Origin: a virus
Length of the DNA: 64,000 bases
Strand: one strand, 5' to 3'
IMG/VR virus record: IMGVR_UViG_3300032092_000013
Coordinates: 34,613-98,612 of that record
Made by a program: the position numbers and the translations under genes. Positions 1-9,616 of the stretch are shown one piece after another; position 1 is the first letter of the stretch, and every line of letters begins with the position of its first letter. The notes under the pieces are model-generated. The model did no database searches, was not told the DNA's origin, and saw only the letters and a program-made list of their open reading frames with translations.

Positions 1-1777
1 TTTTCTTTCTATTGGAACTAATCCAGTAAAACTCGAATTCAAACCAGGATTACATATTATTACGGGTATTAATCGTGATAAGATTGATCGCAGAAATGGG
101 ATCGGCAAAACCTCTGTTATTGAATCTGTTTACTTTGCTATTTTTGGGAGCACCATGAGAGAATTAAAGAAAGATTTAATTCCAAATACATATACTAATG
201 GTACATGCGAAGTCAAATTAACTTTTGATGTCATTCAAAATAATGCATCGCACACGTATAAAATTGTAAGAACTTTAAATCCATCTAAACTTTCTTTATT
301 TTGTGATGGTAAAGACGTTACACGTGATTCTATTAAGAATACTGAAGAAGAGATTTTCAATGTATTAAATGCATCTCCTTCCATTTTTGAAAATTGTGTT
401 ATTATGACTTTGAATAATACAGTGCCATTCATGGCTAAATCAAAAGTTGAAAAGAGAAAATTTATTGAAGGTATTTTTAATTTAGAAGTATTTTCTCAGA
501 TGCTTTCTCTTCTCAGAGAAGAATTTAGTGATCATAAACGAATATATGAAATTGAATTGACAAAATTTGAAGAAGCACAAAAGACTAGAGAGAATTTAGA
601 AAATCAAAAACAAACTATTCTTGACACCAGAAAACAAAAAATTTCAACTTATCTTGCTCGTAAAGAAAATAATTCATCCGAGAAAATCAAATTAATTGAA
701 CAATTAGAAGAACATATTGATATTGATGAAAATTCAATTAATGAACAAGTTAAAAAGTTAGAAGAAGGTTTAATTCAATGTGATCAAAAGATTGAAAAAT
801 TCACAGAAGCTAAATCAAAGATTACAACAACTCTAGATCAATTAAATCAAAAATTTAAAATTATTGGTACAAATAAAAACACATGCCCCGTTTGTCTTAA
901 ACCAGTAACGGAACATGATAAAGAAGAGTTAGAAAAAGAAAAAAATAATATTCAAAATGAAATTAATTCATTAAATGAAAAATTATTAACATGTGCAGAT
1001 AACTTAGCTACTCTTAAGAAGAAAAAACCTACTATTAGAACAGCAATTGATAAACTCAATTTAAAGGTTAATGAAATTAAGTTACTAGAACAAAAGAAAA
1101 TCAATATTAATGATCGGATTAAACAGTTAGATGAATGGTTAGTTCAACTAGATGATGATATCGAATCTTTGAAATCAAATACAACAGATGTTGATGATAT
1201 TTTAGTTGATATGATCAGCAGAGTAGAAACCGCTAAAGAAATTGTTAATAAACATAAAACACATCTCAACTTGCTCGAAACAATTAAGTATATCGTTTCT
1301 GAAGAAGGTGTTAAATCTTATATTGTCAATAAAATTCTCGCATTGTTTAATTCTATTTTGATGTCTTATTTGCGTAAGATGGATGCTAATTGTTCTTGCT
1401 TCTTTAATGAATATTTCGAAGAAGAAATCATTAATGAAAAAAATAAGATTTGTTCATATTTTAATTTCTCGGGTGCTGAAAGAAAGAATATGGATTTTGC
1501 ATGCTTATTCACATTCATGGATATGCGTAGATTACAAGGTGACGTTGTTTATAACATTTCTATCTATGATGAATTGTTTGATTCATCGTTAGATGAAAAG
1601 GGCGTAGAATTAGTCACAAACATTTTAAAAGATCGTGTGCATGCACATAATGAATGTGTAATGGTTATTTCACATAGAAAAGAAAGTATTCAACATGCTA
1701 CGGGTGACGTAATTTTTCTAGAAAAGAAAAATGGAGTAACATCAAAGATTGATTATAATCCTTTTTTGGATAATTAA
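1..1777 (+). CDS. gp46: Recombination endonuclease ATPase subunit (T4 gp46 / SbcC-Rad50-like), 5'-truncated by the window edge
   Basis: The frame is open from base 2 (FLSIG...RRNGIGKTS, Walker A), so the start lies upstream of the window and not at 155. Also has a CPVC zinc hook, coiled coils, FSGAE signature, IYDELFD Walker B and ISHR H-loop. Confidence 0.93.
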   Translation, partial: FLSIGTNPVKLEFKPGLHIITGINRDKIDRRNGIGKTSVIESVYFAIFGSTMRELKKDLIPNTYTNGTCEVKLTFDVIQNNASHTYKIVRTLNPSKLSLFCDGKDVTRDSIKNTEEEIFNVLNASPSIFENCVIMTLNNTVPFMAKSKVEKRKFIEGIFNLEVFSQMLSLLREEFSDHKRIYEIELTKFEEAQKTRENLENQKQTILDTRKQKISTYLARKENNSSEKIKLIEQLEEHIDIDENSINEQVKKLEEGLIQCDQKIEKFTEAKSKITTTLDQLNQKFKIIGTNKNTCPVCLKPVTEHDKEELEKEKNNIQNEINSLNEKLLTCADNLATLKKKKPTIRTAIDKLNLKVNEIKLLEQKKININDRIKQLDEWLVQLDDDIESLKSNTTDVDDILVDMISRVETAKEIVNKHKTHLNLLETIKYIVSEEGVKSYIVNKILALFNSILMSYLRKMDANCSCFFNEYFEEEIINEKNKICSYFNFSGAERKNMDFACLFTFMDMRRLQGDVVYNISIYDELFDSSLDEKGVELVTNILKDRVHAHNECVMVISHRKESIQHATGDVIFLEKKNGVTSKIDYNPFLDN

Positions 1778-1785
1778 TCTTTAGG

Positions 1786-2982
1786 ATGTTCACACCGAAA
1801 ATTAATACCATGCCCATGGGCCTGCAACCAACAGGCCAACCAGCTCAGGCACCACCACCTAAATCAGAACACGCACCCGAAGATCTCATGAGGGTCGTTC
1901 ATTATAATGCAGACCATTCTGGTTGTGGTTTGTGGCGTATGTCTTGGCCAGCCCACCTTATTAATTTCCATAATAAGGCAATGATTACTGAATCAACAGT
2001 AATGATTACCGATCCCAGATGGTATCAAAATGTAAAGGCTATTCGTGTACAAAGACAAGCTACACCACATCAATTACAATTCGTAAAATTTTTGAAGAGT
2101 ATTCAAAAAGATATTGGATTTAAATTAATCTATGAAGTTGATGATGTTATCTTCCGCGAAGATATTCCAGATTACAATAAATTCAAAACAGCTTTCGTAG
2201 CAGATGAGATTAGACAAAGTGCAATAGAAATTATTAATCTTTGTGATGAAATGACAGTCACATGTGATTATATGAAAGAACTGTATCGTGAACGTACAGG
2301 TAAAAATGAAATCACAGTGATTCCGAATTTCGTACCAAGATTCTGGATGGGGAATTATTTCAGCGAAGCTAAGGTTTCTAGAAATTATGATAAGCATAAG
2401 AAGAAGCCTCGTGTACTATATGCTGGTTCCGGAGCACACTTTGATGTAGAAAATCGTGTAGGCCAGAAGGATGATTTCGAACACGTATTAAAAGCAGTCA
2501 TTGATTCACGCAAGAAATATCAATGGGTGTTTATTGGTGCCTTCCCATTAGCGCTTAGGCCTTATATCCAAAATGGAGATATTGAATTCCATCCATGGCA
2601 AAAGTTGTATGAATATCCAAAAAAGATTTCTGATTTAGAAATTCAGATGTCTGTTGCGCCATTACAGAACAATAGCTTTAATAAAGCAAAGTCTGATCTC
2701 AAATATATCGAAGCATGTTGCTATGGAATTCCTGTTGCTTGTCAAGATATGGAAACATATAAAGATGCTGAACTTAAATTTAAGACTGGTGATGAAATGT
2801 TAGATTGTATTGCAAAAGAATTAGGACGTGTAGGCCATTATAAGAATCAGGCTATTCAACGATATAAAGTAGCTGATAATCGTTTCTTAGAGCACGATCG
2901 TAATTTGGATTGTTACATGGAATTGTATAAGTATCCTTATCGCGATCAAAACCGCGTCAATTTGAGACGATATAATCCTTGA
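1786..2982 (+). CDS. Glycosyltransferase, GT-B fold (GT4-like)
   Basis: Motifs ADHSGCGLWR, YEVDDVIF, CDEMTVT, TVIPNF and C-terminal APLQNNSFNKAKSDLKYIEACCYGIP, typical of phage GT-B enzymes. Confidence 0.75.
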   Translation: MFTPKINTMPMGLQPTGQPAQAPPPKSEHAPEDLMRVVHYNADHSGCGLWRMSWPAHLINFHNKAMITESTVMITDPRWYQNVKAIRVQRQATPHQLQFVKFLKSIQKDIGFKLIYEVDDVIFREDIPDYNKFKTAFVADEIRQSAIEIINLCDEMTVTCDYMKELYRERTGKNEITVIPNFVPRFWMGNYFSEAKVSRNYDKHKKKPRVLYAGSGAHFDVENRVGQKDDFEHVLKAVIDSRKKYQWVFIGAFPLALRPYIQNGDIEFHPWQKLYEYPKKISDLEIQMSVAPLQNNSFNKAKSDLKYIEACCYGIPVACQDMETYKDAELKFKTGDEMLDCIAKELGRVGHYKNQAIQRYKVADNRFLEHDRNLDCYMELYKYPYRDQNRVNLRRYNP

Positions 2983-3007
2983 TTATAGTTGCGATACCTA
3001 TTATCAT
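2979..3007 (+). promoter_or_regulatory. sigma70-like promoter for the DNA polymerase gene
   Basis: TTGATT-17 nt-TATCAT; the -10 box ends 6 nt before ATG 3014. Confidence 0.6.
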
Positions 3008-3013
3008 TTCTCT

Positions 3014-5581
3014 ATGATTGGGTATCGCAACGCTTGTTATAATCCTAAAGATCAAACTGTAGAAATTTACACTTGGTCAGACGATGGGGATCGTATTTCA
3101 TACACTACAAAATACCATCCCTATTATTTTTATGAAGACAAAAGAGGGAATGAAGTATCGATTTACAATACGCCATTAGCTAAAAGATCATTTAATAATG
3201 CATATGAACGGCAAAAGTATATTACCGAATCAGGAATTAGAAGGGTGTATGAACATTTCGGCGCAGTACAACAGGCCCTATTAGATATCTTTTGGCAACA
3301 TAATGAAACAGATGACTTTTCTAAGTTTCCTTTAAAGACATACTTTATTGATATCGAAGCAGTATGCAAAGATCGCTTTCCTGATCCTACATTAGCAGAT
3401 GTGCCTATTAACGTATTGACAATTTATGATTCCTTTTCAAAGAAATTTTATGCATGGGGTTTAAAACCATATAAAGCAAAAAGGAATGATGTTGTTTATT
3501 ATTATTGTAAATCAGAAGAAGACCTTCTAGCTGGTGTTATTGAATTTTTTAAGAATGATCCACCAGATGTATTGTCGGGCTGGAATAGTGCTGGGTTTGA
3601 TATTCCATACATTATTAATCGATTGAAGAATATCTTTGGTGAAGCTGGTATGAATGAAATTTCACCAGTAAAGAGAACTTATGTGAGAACATTCATTGGT
3701 ACATTCGGGAAGACACAAGCAAGCTATCATATCGATGGTATTTCATGTGTAGACTACTTGGATGTATATAAGAGATTCTCTTTTGCTAATAGAGAAAGTT
3801 ATAAATTAGATAGCATTGGTGAATTAGAATTAGGTGAAAAGAAAGTTGCTATCGAAAAGGATTTGTATGATGTCATGGTAGATGATTGGGATACGTTTAT
3901 TGATTATAACATTCAGGACGTAAACATTTTGGTTAAGCTTGAAGAGAAACTACAATTCCTTTCATTGATTCGAATGATTTCATATATTGGTTGTACAACA
4001 TTTGAAGGTGCATTGGGTACGTTGGGTATTATCACAGGCGCAGCTGCTATTAGAGCAAGAAAGAAAGGACAACGCATTTCTACTTTCATCAGAAAAGAAG
4101 ATGATGGTTCGAGGAATCCTGGGGCATATGTAGCAGAACCATTAAATGGATTTCAGGAAGATATTGTATCGTTTGATGCTAACTCACTATATCCTAACTT
4201 AATGATTTCATTGAACATGTCTCCAGAGACAAAAGTCGGCAAGATTATTGAAACAACAGATGAAGATGTAACAGTACAACATGTCAATGGCCAAGTCTTT
4301 AAATTGTCAAAACCAAAATTTGCACAATTTATTAAGAAAGAAGATGTGGCTATTAGTAAAGCAAAAGTCCTTTTTACGCAAAAGAATAAAGGAATTGTAC
4401 CAGAGATGGTTGATTTTTATTATCAAAAAAGAAAGGTTATTCAAACAGAACTCAAAAAATATAAGAAAGAATATTCAAATAAAGAATTACCATCTGATAG
4501 AAAATTATTTTTAGAAACAAAAATCACACAGCTTAACGCAAAGCAACAAAGTATAAAAATCTTTATCAATAGTTGTTACGGTTATTTCGGCAATAAACAC
4601 GCACCTATTGGAGATGATGATATTGCTTCATCAATTACATTGACTGGACAAGCCGTTATTAAACAAGCAAGAGAAATTGCAAAGAAATATATCTCAAAAC
4701 ATAGTAATATTACTGATCAAAAAACATTAGAAACTGTAGCAATTTATGGTGATACTGACAGTGTTTATCTTTCATTAAAGCTGCTTCCAATTGATTTTAG
4801 TAGTAATGGTAAAATAACAAAAGAAGGATTTGAACACGCAGAAGGTTTAGAAAATTCATTGAATGATGAGATTCAAATTTGGGCTAAATCAACATTAAAT
4901 TCAAAAGATTGTCGATTGGCATTTAAGAGAGAAGCGATGGCAGATGTCGGGCTTTTTTTAGAAAAGAAGCGCTATGTATTGCATGTATTAGATGATGAAG
5001 GTATTCCGTGCGATAAATGGAAATATACTGGTGTAGATGTAGTAAGAACAACAATGCCTAAGAATGTTAAACCATATGTAAAGAAGATCATTGAGACTAT
5101 GTTGACTACTAAGTCTTGTGCTAAGACAAATGAAGTGTTAAAAGAAGCATACGATGTATTCCAAGCATTACCTATTGAAGACGTATCAAGAACAAGTGGG
5201 ATTCGTGGTTATGAAAAATATGCGAATATGTGCCATGACTTTAAAGTGAGTAAAGGAATGCCTAATCATGTAAAGGCTGCTTATTTTCATAACATTATTT
5301 TGGATAAATTAAACCTTTCAGGAAAACATGAGAAGATTGCTTCCGGTGATAAGATCAAATACTTTTATGTACAACAACCAAATAAGTATGGAATTAATTG
5401 TATTGGATTTAAGTATGTTTTTCCTGAAGAGTTTAAATCAATATTTTTACCTGATAGAGAATTATTATTTGAAAAGATTGTATATGCAGCAGTAGAACGT
5501 TTTTATCAATGTGTTAATTGGACACCAAGAAAACCCAGCGAACAAGTTCTCTTTGAATTGGATGATCTATTTGGTGAATAA
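3014..5581 (+). CDS. gp43: Family B DNA polymerase with 3'-5' exonuclease
   Basis: Exonuclease motifs DIE, GWNSAGFDIPY and YNIQD; polymerase motifs SFDANSLYP, KIFINSCYG, YGDTDS and KKRY; C-terminal LDDLFGE clamp-binding-like tail. Confidence 0.97.
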   Translation: MIGYRNACYNPKDQTVEIYTWSDDGDRISYTTKYHPYYFYEDKRGNEVSIYNTPLAKRSFNNAYERQKYITESGIRRVYEHFGAVQQALLDIFWQHNETDDFSKFPLKTYFIDIEAVCKDRFPDPTLADVPINVLTIYDSFSKKFYAWGLKPYKAKRNDVVYYYCKSEEDLLAGVIEFFKNDPPDVLSGWNSAGFDIPYIINRLKNIFGEAGMNEISPVKRTYVRTFIGTFGKTQASYHIDGISCVDYLDVYKRFSFANRESYKLDSIGELELGEKKVAIEKDLYDVMVDDWDTFIDYNIQDVNILVKLEEKLQFLSLIRMISYIGCTTFEGALGTLGIITGAAAIRARKKGQRISTFIRKEDDGSRNPGAYVAEPLNGFQEDIVSFDANSLYPNLMISLNMSPETKVGKIIETTDEDVTVQHVNGQVFKLSKPKFAQFIKKEDVAISKAKVLFTQKNKGIVPEMVDFYYQKRKVIQTELKKYKKEYSNKELPSDRKLFLETKITQLNAKQQSIKIFINSCYGYFGNKHAPIGDDDIASSITLTGQAVIKQAREIAKKYISKHSNITDQKTLETVAIYGDTDSVYLSLKLLPIDFSSNGKITKEGFEHAEGLENSLNDEIQIWAKSTLNSKDCRLAFKREAMADVGLFLEKKRYVLHVLDDEGIPCDKWKYTGVDVVRTTMPKNVKPYVKKIIETMLTTKSCAKTNEVLKEAYDVFQALPIEDVSRTSGIRGYEKYANMCHDFKVSKGMPNHVKAAYFHNIILDKLNLSGKHEKIASGDKIKYFYVQQPNKYGINCIGFKYVFPEEFKSIFLPDRELLFEKIVYAAVERFYQCVNWTPRKPSEQVLFELDDLFGE

Positions 5582-5585
5582 AGGG

Positions 5586-5613
5586 TTGACAAATATTGCA
5601 ATATTACTAATAT
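5586..5613 (+). promoter_or_regulatory. sigma70-like promoter
   Basis: TTGACA-16 nt-TAATAT, 7 nt before ATG 5621. Confidence 0.65.
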
Positions 5614-5620
5614 ATTAAAG

Positions 5621-5968
5621 ATGTCACAACTAATTTTTATTGACCAAATCGGAAGAACCATTATCGGTGAAGAACTTTCACGTGATGGTGGTCGTCTACA
5701 AGTGAAGAATCCTTGTATGATTAATGTAAATCAATTGCAAAATGGGCAATTGCAAGTTCAATTATTTCCACTTTTCTTTCCTGAATTTCTTTCAGAAGCC
5801 AATCGTAGCAGCGGTTCTGTTTTTGAATTTAATCTTGCTAATCTTGCATTAGGTGTAGGTGTAGAAGTAGACGGGCGTTTAGTAGAACAATATACTCGTA
5901 TTTGTAATCCACCGCCTGTTGCTCAAACATCTGACGAACCACCCGTCATTAAGTTGTTTGATGAATAA
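5621..5968 (+). CDS. Small beta-rich protein, possible Sm/LSm-like fold
   Basis: Pattern GRTIIGE...LQVKNP...QLFP...LVEQY resembles Sm-like small proteins of T4-like phages; has its own promoter and terminator. Confidence 0.45.
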   Translation: MSQLIFIDQIGRTIIGEELSRDGGRLQVKNPCMINVNQLQNGQLQVQLFPLFFPEFLSEANRSSGSVFEFNLANLALGVGVEVDGRLVEQYTRICNPPPVAQTSDEPPVIKLFDE

Positions 5969-5992
5969 TTTTGTTTGCTGAGTGTTGTGTGT

Positions 5993-6029
5993 AAAATCCC
6001 GAGAGATTTAAATCTCTCGGGATTTTTTT
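5993..6029 (+). terminator. Rho-independent terminator (possibly bidirectional)
   Basis: Perfect 34-bp palindrome aaaatcccgagagattt/aaatctctcgggatttt followed by a T run. Confidence 0.85.
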
Positions 6030-6051
6030 ATAGTTTGATTTAATATGAGTT

Positions 6052-7146
6052 ATGGACAAAGACCTATTAAAATCATTAGAAATTTTAGATGACGGTAATC
6101 CTTTCGCGACATTCCTTTCTCAGTCTACTTTATCAGTTATTGATAAATGGATTGATACTGGTTCATATGTTTTAAATGCTATTATCTCTGGAAAGATTCG
6201 TGGTGGTGGTATTCCTTCGGGCCGGGTTACCATGTTATATGGTGAATCACAAACTTTTAAATCTTCTTTGGTTATGAAGATTCTTGCCAATGCTCAGAAA
6301 CAAGGAATGATTCCGGTTATTTTTGATACAGAGAATGCTGTAGATCCAGAAAGTGCTTCGCGCCTAGGATTAGATACGACAAAGGTAAAATATGTACCTA
6401 CTTTTAATGTTGAACAATGTCGTAATGCTATTCATAAATTTTTGACATCTGTAAAAGAAAAAGGACAAGAAGGCAAATTCATTATTGCCATTGATTCTCT
6501 GGGTAATCTTGAAAGTCAAATGGAACAATCACGTATTGAGAAAGATTCTGTAGCACCTGATATGGGATCAAGAGCTCGTGCTATTAAAACACTACTTAGA
6601 ACAGTAACGCAACTTTCTGCTATTACTAAAACACCCGTTTTGATTACAAATCACTTGTATGATAATCCAGCAGAATTACATCCATCATTAGTCAAGACAA
6701 TGCCTGGCGGTAAGTCAGTCATTTATATGCCTTCTGTATCAGTTCAATTAATGAGAAAGCCCGTCAAAGAAGATGTTGTCAAATCAGATTCATCTGGATT
6801 AGCTACATTCCAACGCAATTACGTCGGCATTATCATTCGTGCATTAACTTCAAAGAATCGTTTTATTAAACCATATCTAGAAGGAGAATTATATGTATCA
6901 TTTACTAATGGTGCAGACAAGTATCATGGATTATTAGATCTTGCTGTTGGATTAGGCATTATTGAACAATCTGGTGCTACTTATGCTTTTAATGGTGAAA
7001 AGCTAGGATATGCAAAGAGCTTTTTGAATAATGTAGATTTTTGGGAAAATGATATCATTCCTTTAGTAGAAAAGAAGATTGCTGTTGAATGGGCATATTC
7101 TTCATCAGAAGATGCAGAATCAACTGAAGTCGAAGACGAAGAATAA
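6052..7146 (+). CDS. uvsX: RecA-like recombinase
   Basis: DTGSYVLNAIISG, Walker A GESQTFKS (T4-type FKS), FDTENA, IDSLGNL, TNHLY, MPGGK. Confidence 0.95.
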   Translation: MDKDLLKSLEILDDGNPFATFLSQSTLSVIDKWIDTGSYVLNAIISGKIRGGGIPSGRVTMLYGESQTFKSSLVMKILANAQKQGMIPVIFDTENAVDPESASRLGLDTTKVKYVPTFNVEQCRNAIHKFLTSVKEKGQEGKFIIAIDSLGNLESQMEQSRIEKDSVAPDMGSRARAIKTLLRTVTQLSAITKTPVLITNHLYDNPAELHPSLVKTMPGGKSVIYMPSVSVQLMRKPVKEDVVKSDSSGLATFQRNYVGIIIRALTSKNRFIKPYLEGELYVSFTNGADKYHGLLDLAVGLGIIEQSGATYAFNGEKLGYAKSFLNNVDFWENDIIPLVEKKIAVEWAYSSSEDAESTEVEDEE

Positions 7147-7154
7147 ATAATATC

Positions 7155-7538
7155 ATGCAAAATGATACAGATTTAATCTTCGAAGCCTATAAAGAAATCT
7201 ATTCAGAAGGATGGAAAGATGTTACTGCAGCCCTATTAATGATGGTAGGTGCTGCGGCGGGTGCAGGTAAAATAGGTAGTGAAATTTCACAGCGTTTAGG
7301 TGGTTATGAAAAATTAACACCACCTCAAATTGAACGGGGGGTTTTAACTGCTGATCAACAATCAATTAAAAATTATTTAGAAAAAATGATGCATATTAGT
7401 GAGCTCAATGCAGTTCCAAGGCAGCATTTAGATGCTCTTAAGGCAATTTCTGAAAATGAGAAATATCCAGCGGAATCAGCAGAAGCAAAAAAAATTCTCT
7501 CAATTATGAGAGATAGAGCTAGCCGAAAATCATTTTAA
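7155..7538 (+). CDS. Late hypothetical protein, candidate internal head/ejection protein
   Basis: TAAATA at 7144-7149; N-terminal LIFE/IYSE sites followed by a hydrophobic Ala/Gly helix. Confidence 0.45.
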   Translation: MQNDTDLIFEAYKEIYSEGWKDVTAALLMMVGAAAGAGKIGSEISQRLGGYEKLTPPQIERGVLTADQQSIKNYLEKMMHISELNAVPRQHLDALKAISENEKYPAESAEAKKILSIMRDRASRKSF

Positions 7539-7541
7539 TTA

Positions 7542-7570
7542 TTGATTAAAAATATAATTTAAGTTATAAT
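7542..7570 (+). promoter_or_regulatory. sigma70-like promoter for the queC-like gene
   Basis: TTGATT-17 nt-TATAAT, 6 nt before ATG 7577. Confidence 0.7.
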
Positions 7571-7576
7571 AACCAC

Positions 7577-8320
7577 ATGACTAATACTCATGTGGTTATT
7601 CCTTTTTCTGGGGGTATGGATTCCTCGGTGCTTGTACATTTAGCCTTATCAGAAGGATACTTTGTGCATGTTTTATCATTTAATTATGGCCAAAGACATT
7701 CACAGGAATTAGATTGTGCATCTAAACAAATTCAGAAATTAAAGTCTTTATATCCGAATTTGAAATCATATAAGACTATTGATGTGTCTTATATTAAAGA
7801 TATTGCACCTACATCATCATTAACTAATAATGATATTGAGACACCAGATGTGCGCAAAATTAAAGGTGAAGCGCAACCAAAATCATATGTTCCTAATCGC
7901 AATATGATGTTTCTATCTATTGCATCAGCTTGGGCAGAATCAATCGGTGCTTCTGAAGTATGGCATGGTGCCGCACAAGCAGATTCATTAGCAGGTTATT
8001 GGGATGGATCACCTGAATTTTTAGAATCAATTAACAATGTTCTTTCTTTGAATAGAGAAAAACGAATTGAAATTAAAGCACCATTAATCGAATTAAGTAA
8101 AGCAGAGATTATTAAATTGGGTGTAAAAAAGAAAGTAGACTTCAGCTTGACTTATACCTGTTATTCAGGAGAAGAAAAACCTGATGCATATTCAGCATCA
8201 TCTTCGTTAAGATTGCAAGGTTTTATTGAAGCAGGATACAAGGATCCCCTACAATATAAACAGCAAGACCAATTAGAAGAAGCGTATAAGAAAAAAGGCT
8301 GTAAAGAAATTAACCTCTAA
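7577..8320 (+). CDS. queC: QueC-like N-type ATP pyrophosphatase (7-cyano-7-deazaguanine synthase family) with degenerate Zn site
   Basis: PP-loop SGGMDS, FNYGQRH, SYVPNRN, APL, SKAEI and TYTCY; the CxxCxxC motif is replaced by DxxSxxS. Confidence 0.85.
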   Translation: MTNTHVVIPFSGGMDSSVLVHLALSEGYFVHVLSFNYGQRHSQELDCASKQIQKLKSLYPNLKSYKTIDVSYIKDIAPTSSLTNNDIETPDVRKIKGEAQPKSYVPNRNMMFLSIASAWAESIGASEVWHGAAQADSLAGYWDGSPEFLESINNVLSLNREKRIEIKAPLIELSKAEIIKLGVKKKVDFSLTYTCYSGEEKPDAYSASSSLRLQGFIEAGYKDPLQYKQQDQLEEAYKKKGCKEINL

Positions 8321-9566
8321 ACAACTCTTCAATACGATAAGCAAACTGTTTGCGTTTAATATATTGTTCTTGTAGTAAACGATCAGTTTGCTTTCTTGTT
8401 AATTTAACTGATTCTTTATAAGCTGTTAAAGCGCCGACAATTTCGTCATACATGTCTTTAACATCTTCATTGTCGTATGTTAATACAGATAAATTTTCGA
8501 TCAATTGATCGATGAAATCAGATGCTGAACCAGACTTTAATGCTTCTAAAGCATTTATAATACCTTCAGCTACATCATCATTATCACTCACAATATTACT
8601 GAATTTTTGTAAAATAGCTGTGACCAATTGAAGTGCTTTTAATTTATCTTCTTTGACTGGCGTTTCTTCTTCTTGTTTTACTTCTGCGGTAACACCATTC
8701 AACTTACTAAGCACCTTAGACCATTCATTTACCTTAAATCGAACATCGGGTGTTACTTCGTCACCACCTCTTTTAGCAACATATTCTTCTGCAGGTGCAG
8801 TAGCTTTATGTGCCCATATATTAACAGACACATCTTGCATATAATCTGTTGGCTTAGTTTCAATAGAACTTTTTAAATTTTCCATTAAAGAAGAAACAGC
8901 TGTAGTTATAACTTTAGAGCCAAATCCCTTTGTTTTTAAATCATATATTTTTTGCAAAGAGATACGATGCTCAACAACGCCATGGCGTATACGATTTCCT
9001 GATGCATCAAATAATCCAGTAGCTTCTTTTTCTAGAGCTTTATATTGTTGTACGAAATCATTAAATGCTAAAAATTGATTTATTGTATTTTTTACTAAAA
9101 CCATGCCATTAATGCCATCATCAGTATTTTCAGTTCTAATAACATTTGCACCTTCTACTTTAAATGTTATATTTGCGTCACCCTTTCTTGCAAAGAAAAT
9201 CATATCACCTACTGCAAAATCGGATGATTTAGCTGTGAACGTGGCATCACCAGTGACATTAATTAAACTACCCACATCTGATGAATTTAATTCACCACCA
9301 CTTCTAGCTTCACTATCTTCTTCACCCATTTTTGCAGCAAATTCATCATTCTTATTATTACAGTCACGTATAATTGCAAAACGCAACATTTTAATGATTA
9401 ATTTATTTAAACGATCAATAGTGCCAGTTTCGATGCTATTCTTGTAATATTTGTTGGCGTATAATTCTACATATTTGTTTAATTCGCCAAAATAAGCTTC
9501 TCTTGCTTCATTAAGGAACGATTCGTCAATACGTGCTGCCCAACCCGGTGCTCTTAAAATAGACAT
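8310..9566 (-). CDS. Late hypothetical protein (candidate head-associated protein)
   Basis: 418-aa ORF with TAAATA 5 nt upstream (9572-9577, minus strand) and IDE/LNE sites near the N-terminus. Confidence 0.55.
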   Translation of the reverse strand: MSILRAPGWAARIDESFLNEAREAYFGELNKYVELYANKYYKNSIETGTIDRLNKLIIKMLRFAIIRDCNNKNDEFAAKMGEEDSEARSGGELNSSDVGSLINVTGDATFTAKSSDFAVGDMIFFARKGDANITFKVEGANVIRTENTDDGINGMVLVKNTINQFLAFNDFVQQYKALEKEATGLFDASGNRIRHGVVEHRISLQKIYDLKTKGFGSKVITTAVSSLMENLKSSIETKPTDYMQDVSVNIWAHKATAPAEEYVAKRGGDEVTPDVRFKVNEWSKVLSKLNGVTAEVKQEEETPVKEDKLKALQLVTAILQKFSNIVSDNDDVAEGIINALEALKSGSASDFIDQLIENLSVLTYDNEDVKDMYDEIVGALTAYKESVKLTRKQTDRLLQEQYIKRKQFAYRIEELFRG

Positions 9567-9616
9567 AACTATATTTATTGATTTATCAAAAATTAAATGT
9601 AATATGAAAGCATATT

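Noticed and set aside
6235-6270. UvsX Walker A with Phe (FKS) as a sign of inactivation
   Set aside because: T4 UvsX has the same FKS variant.
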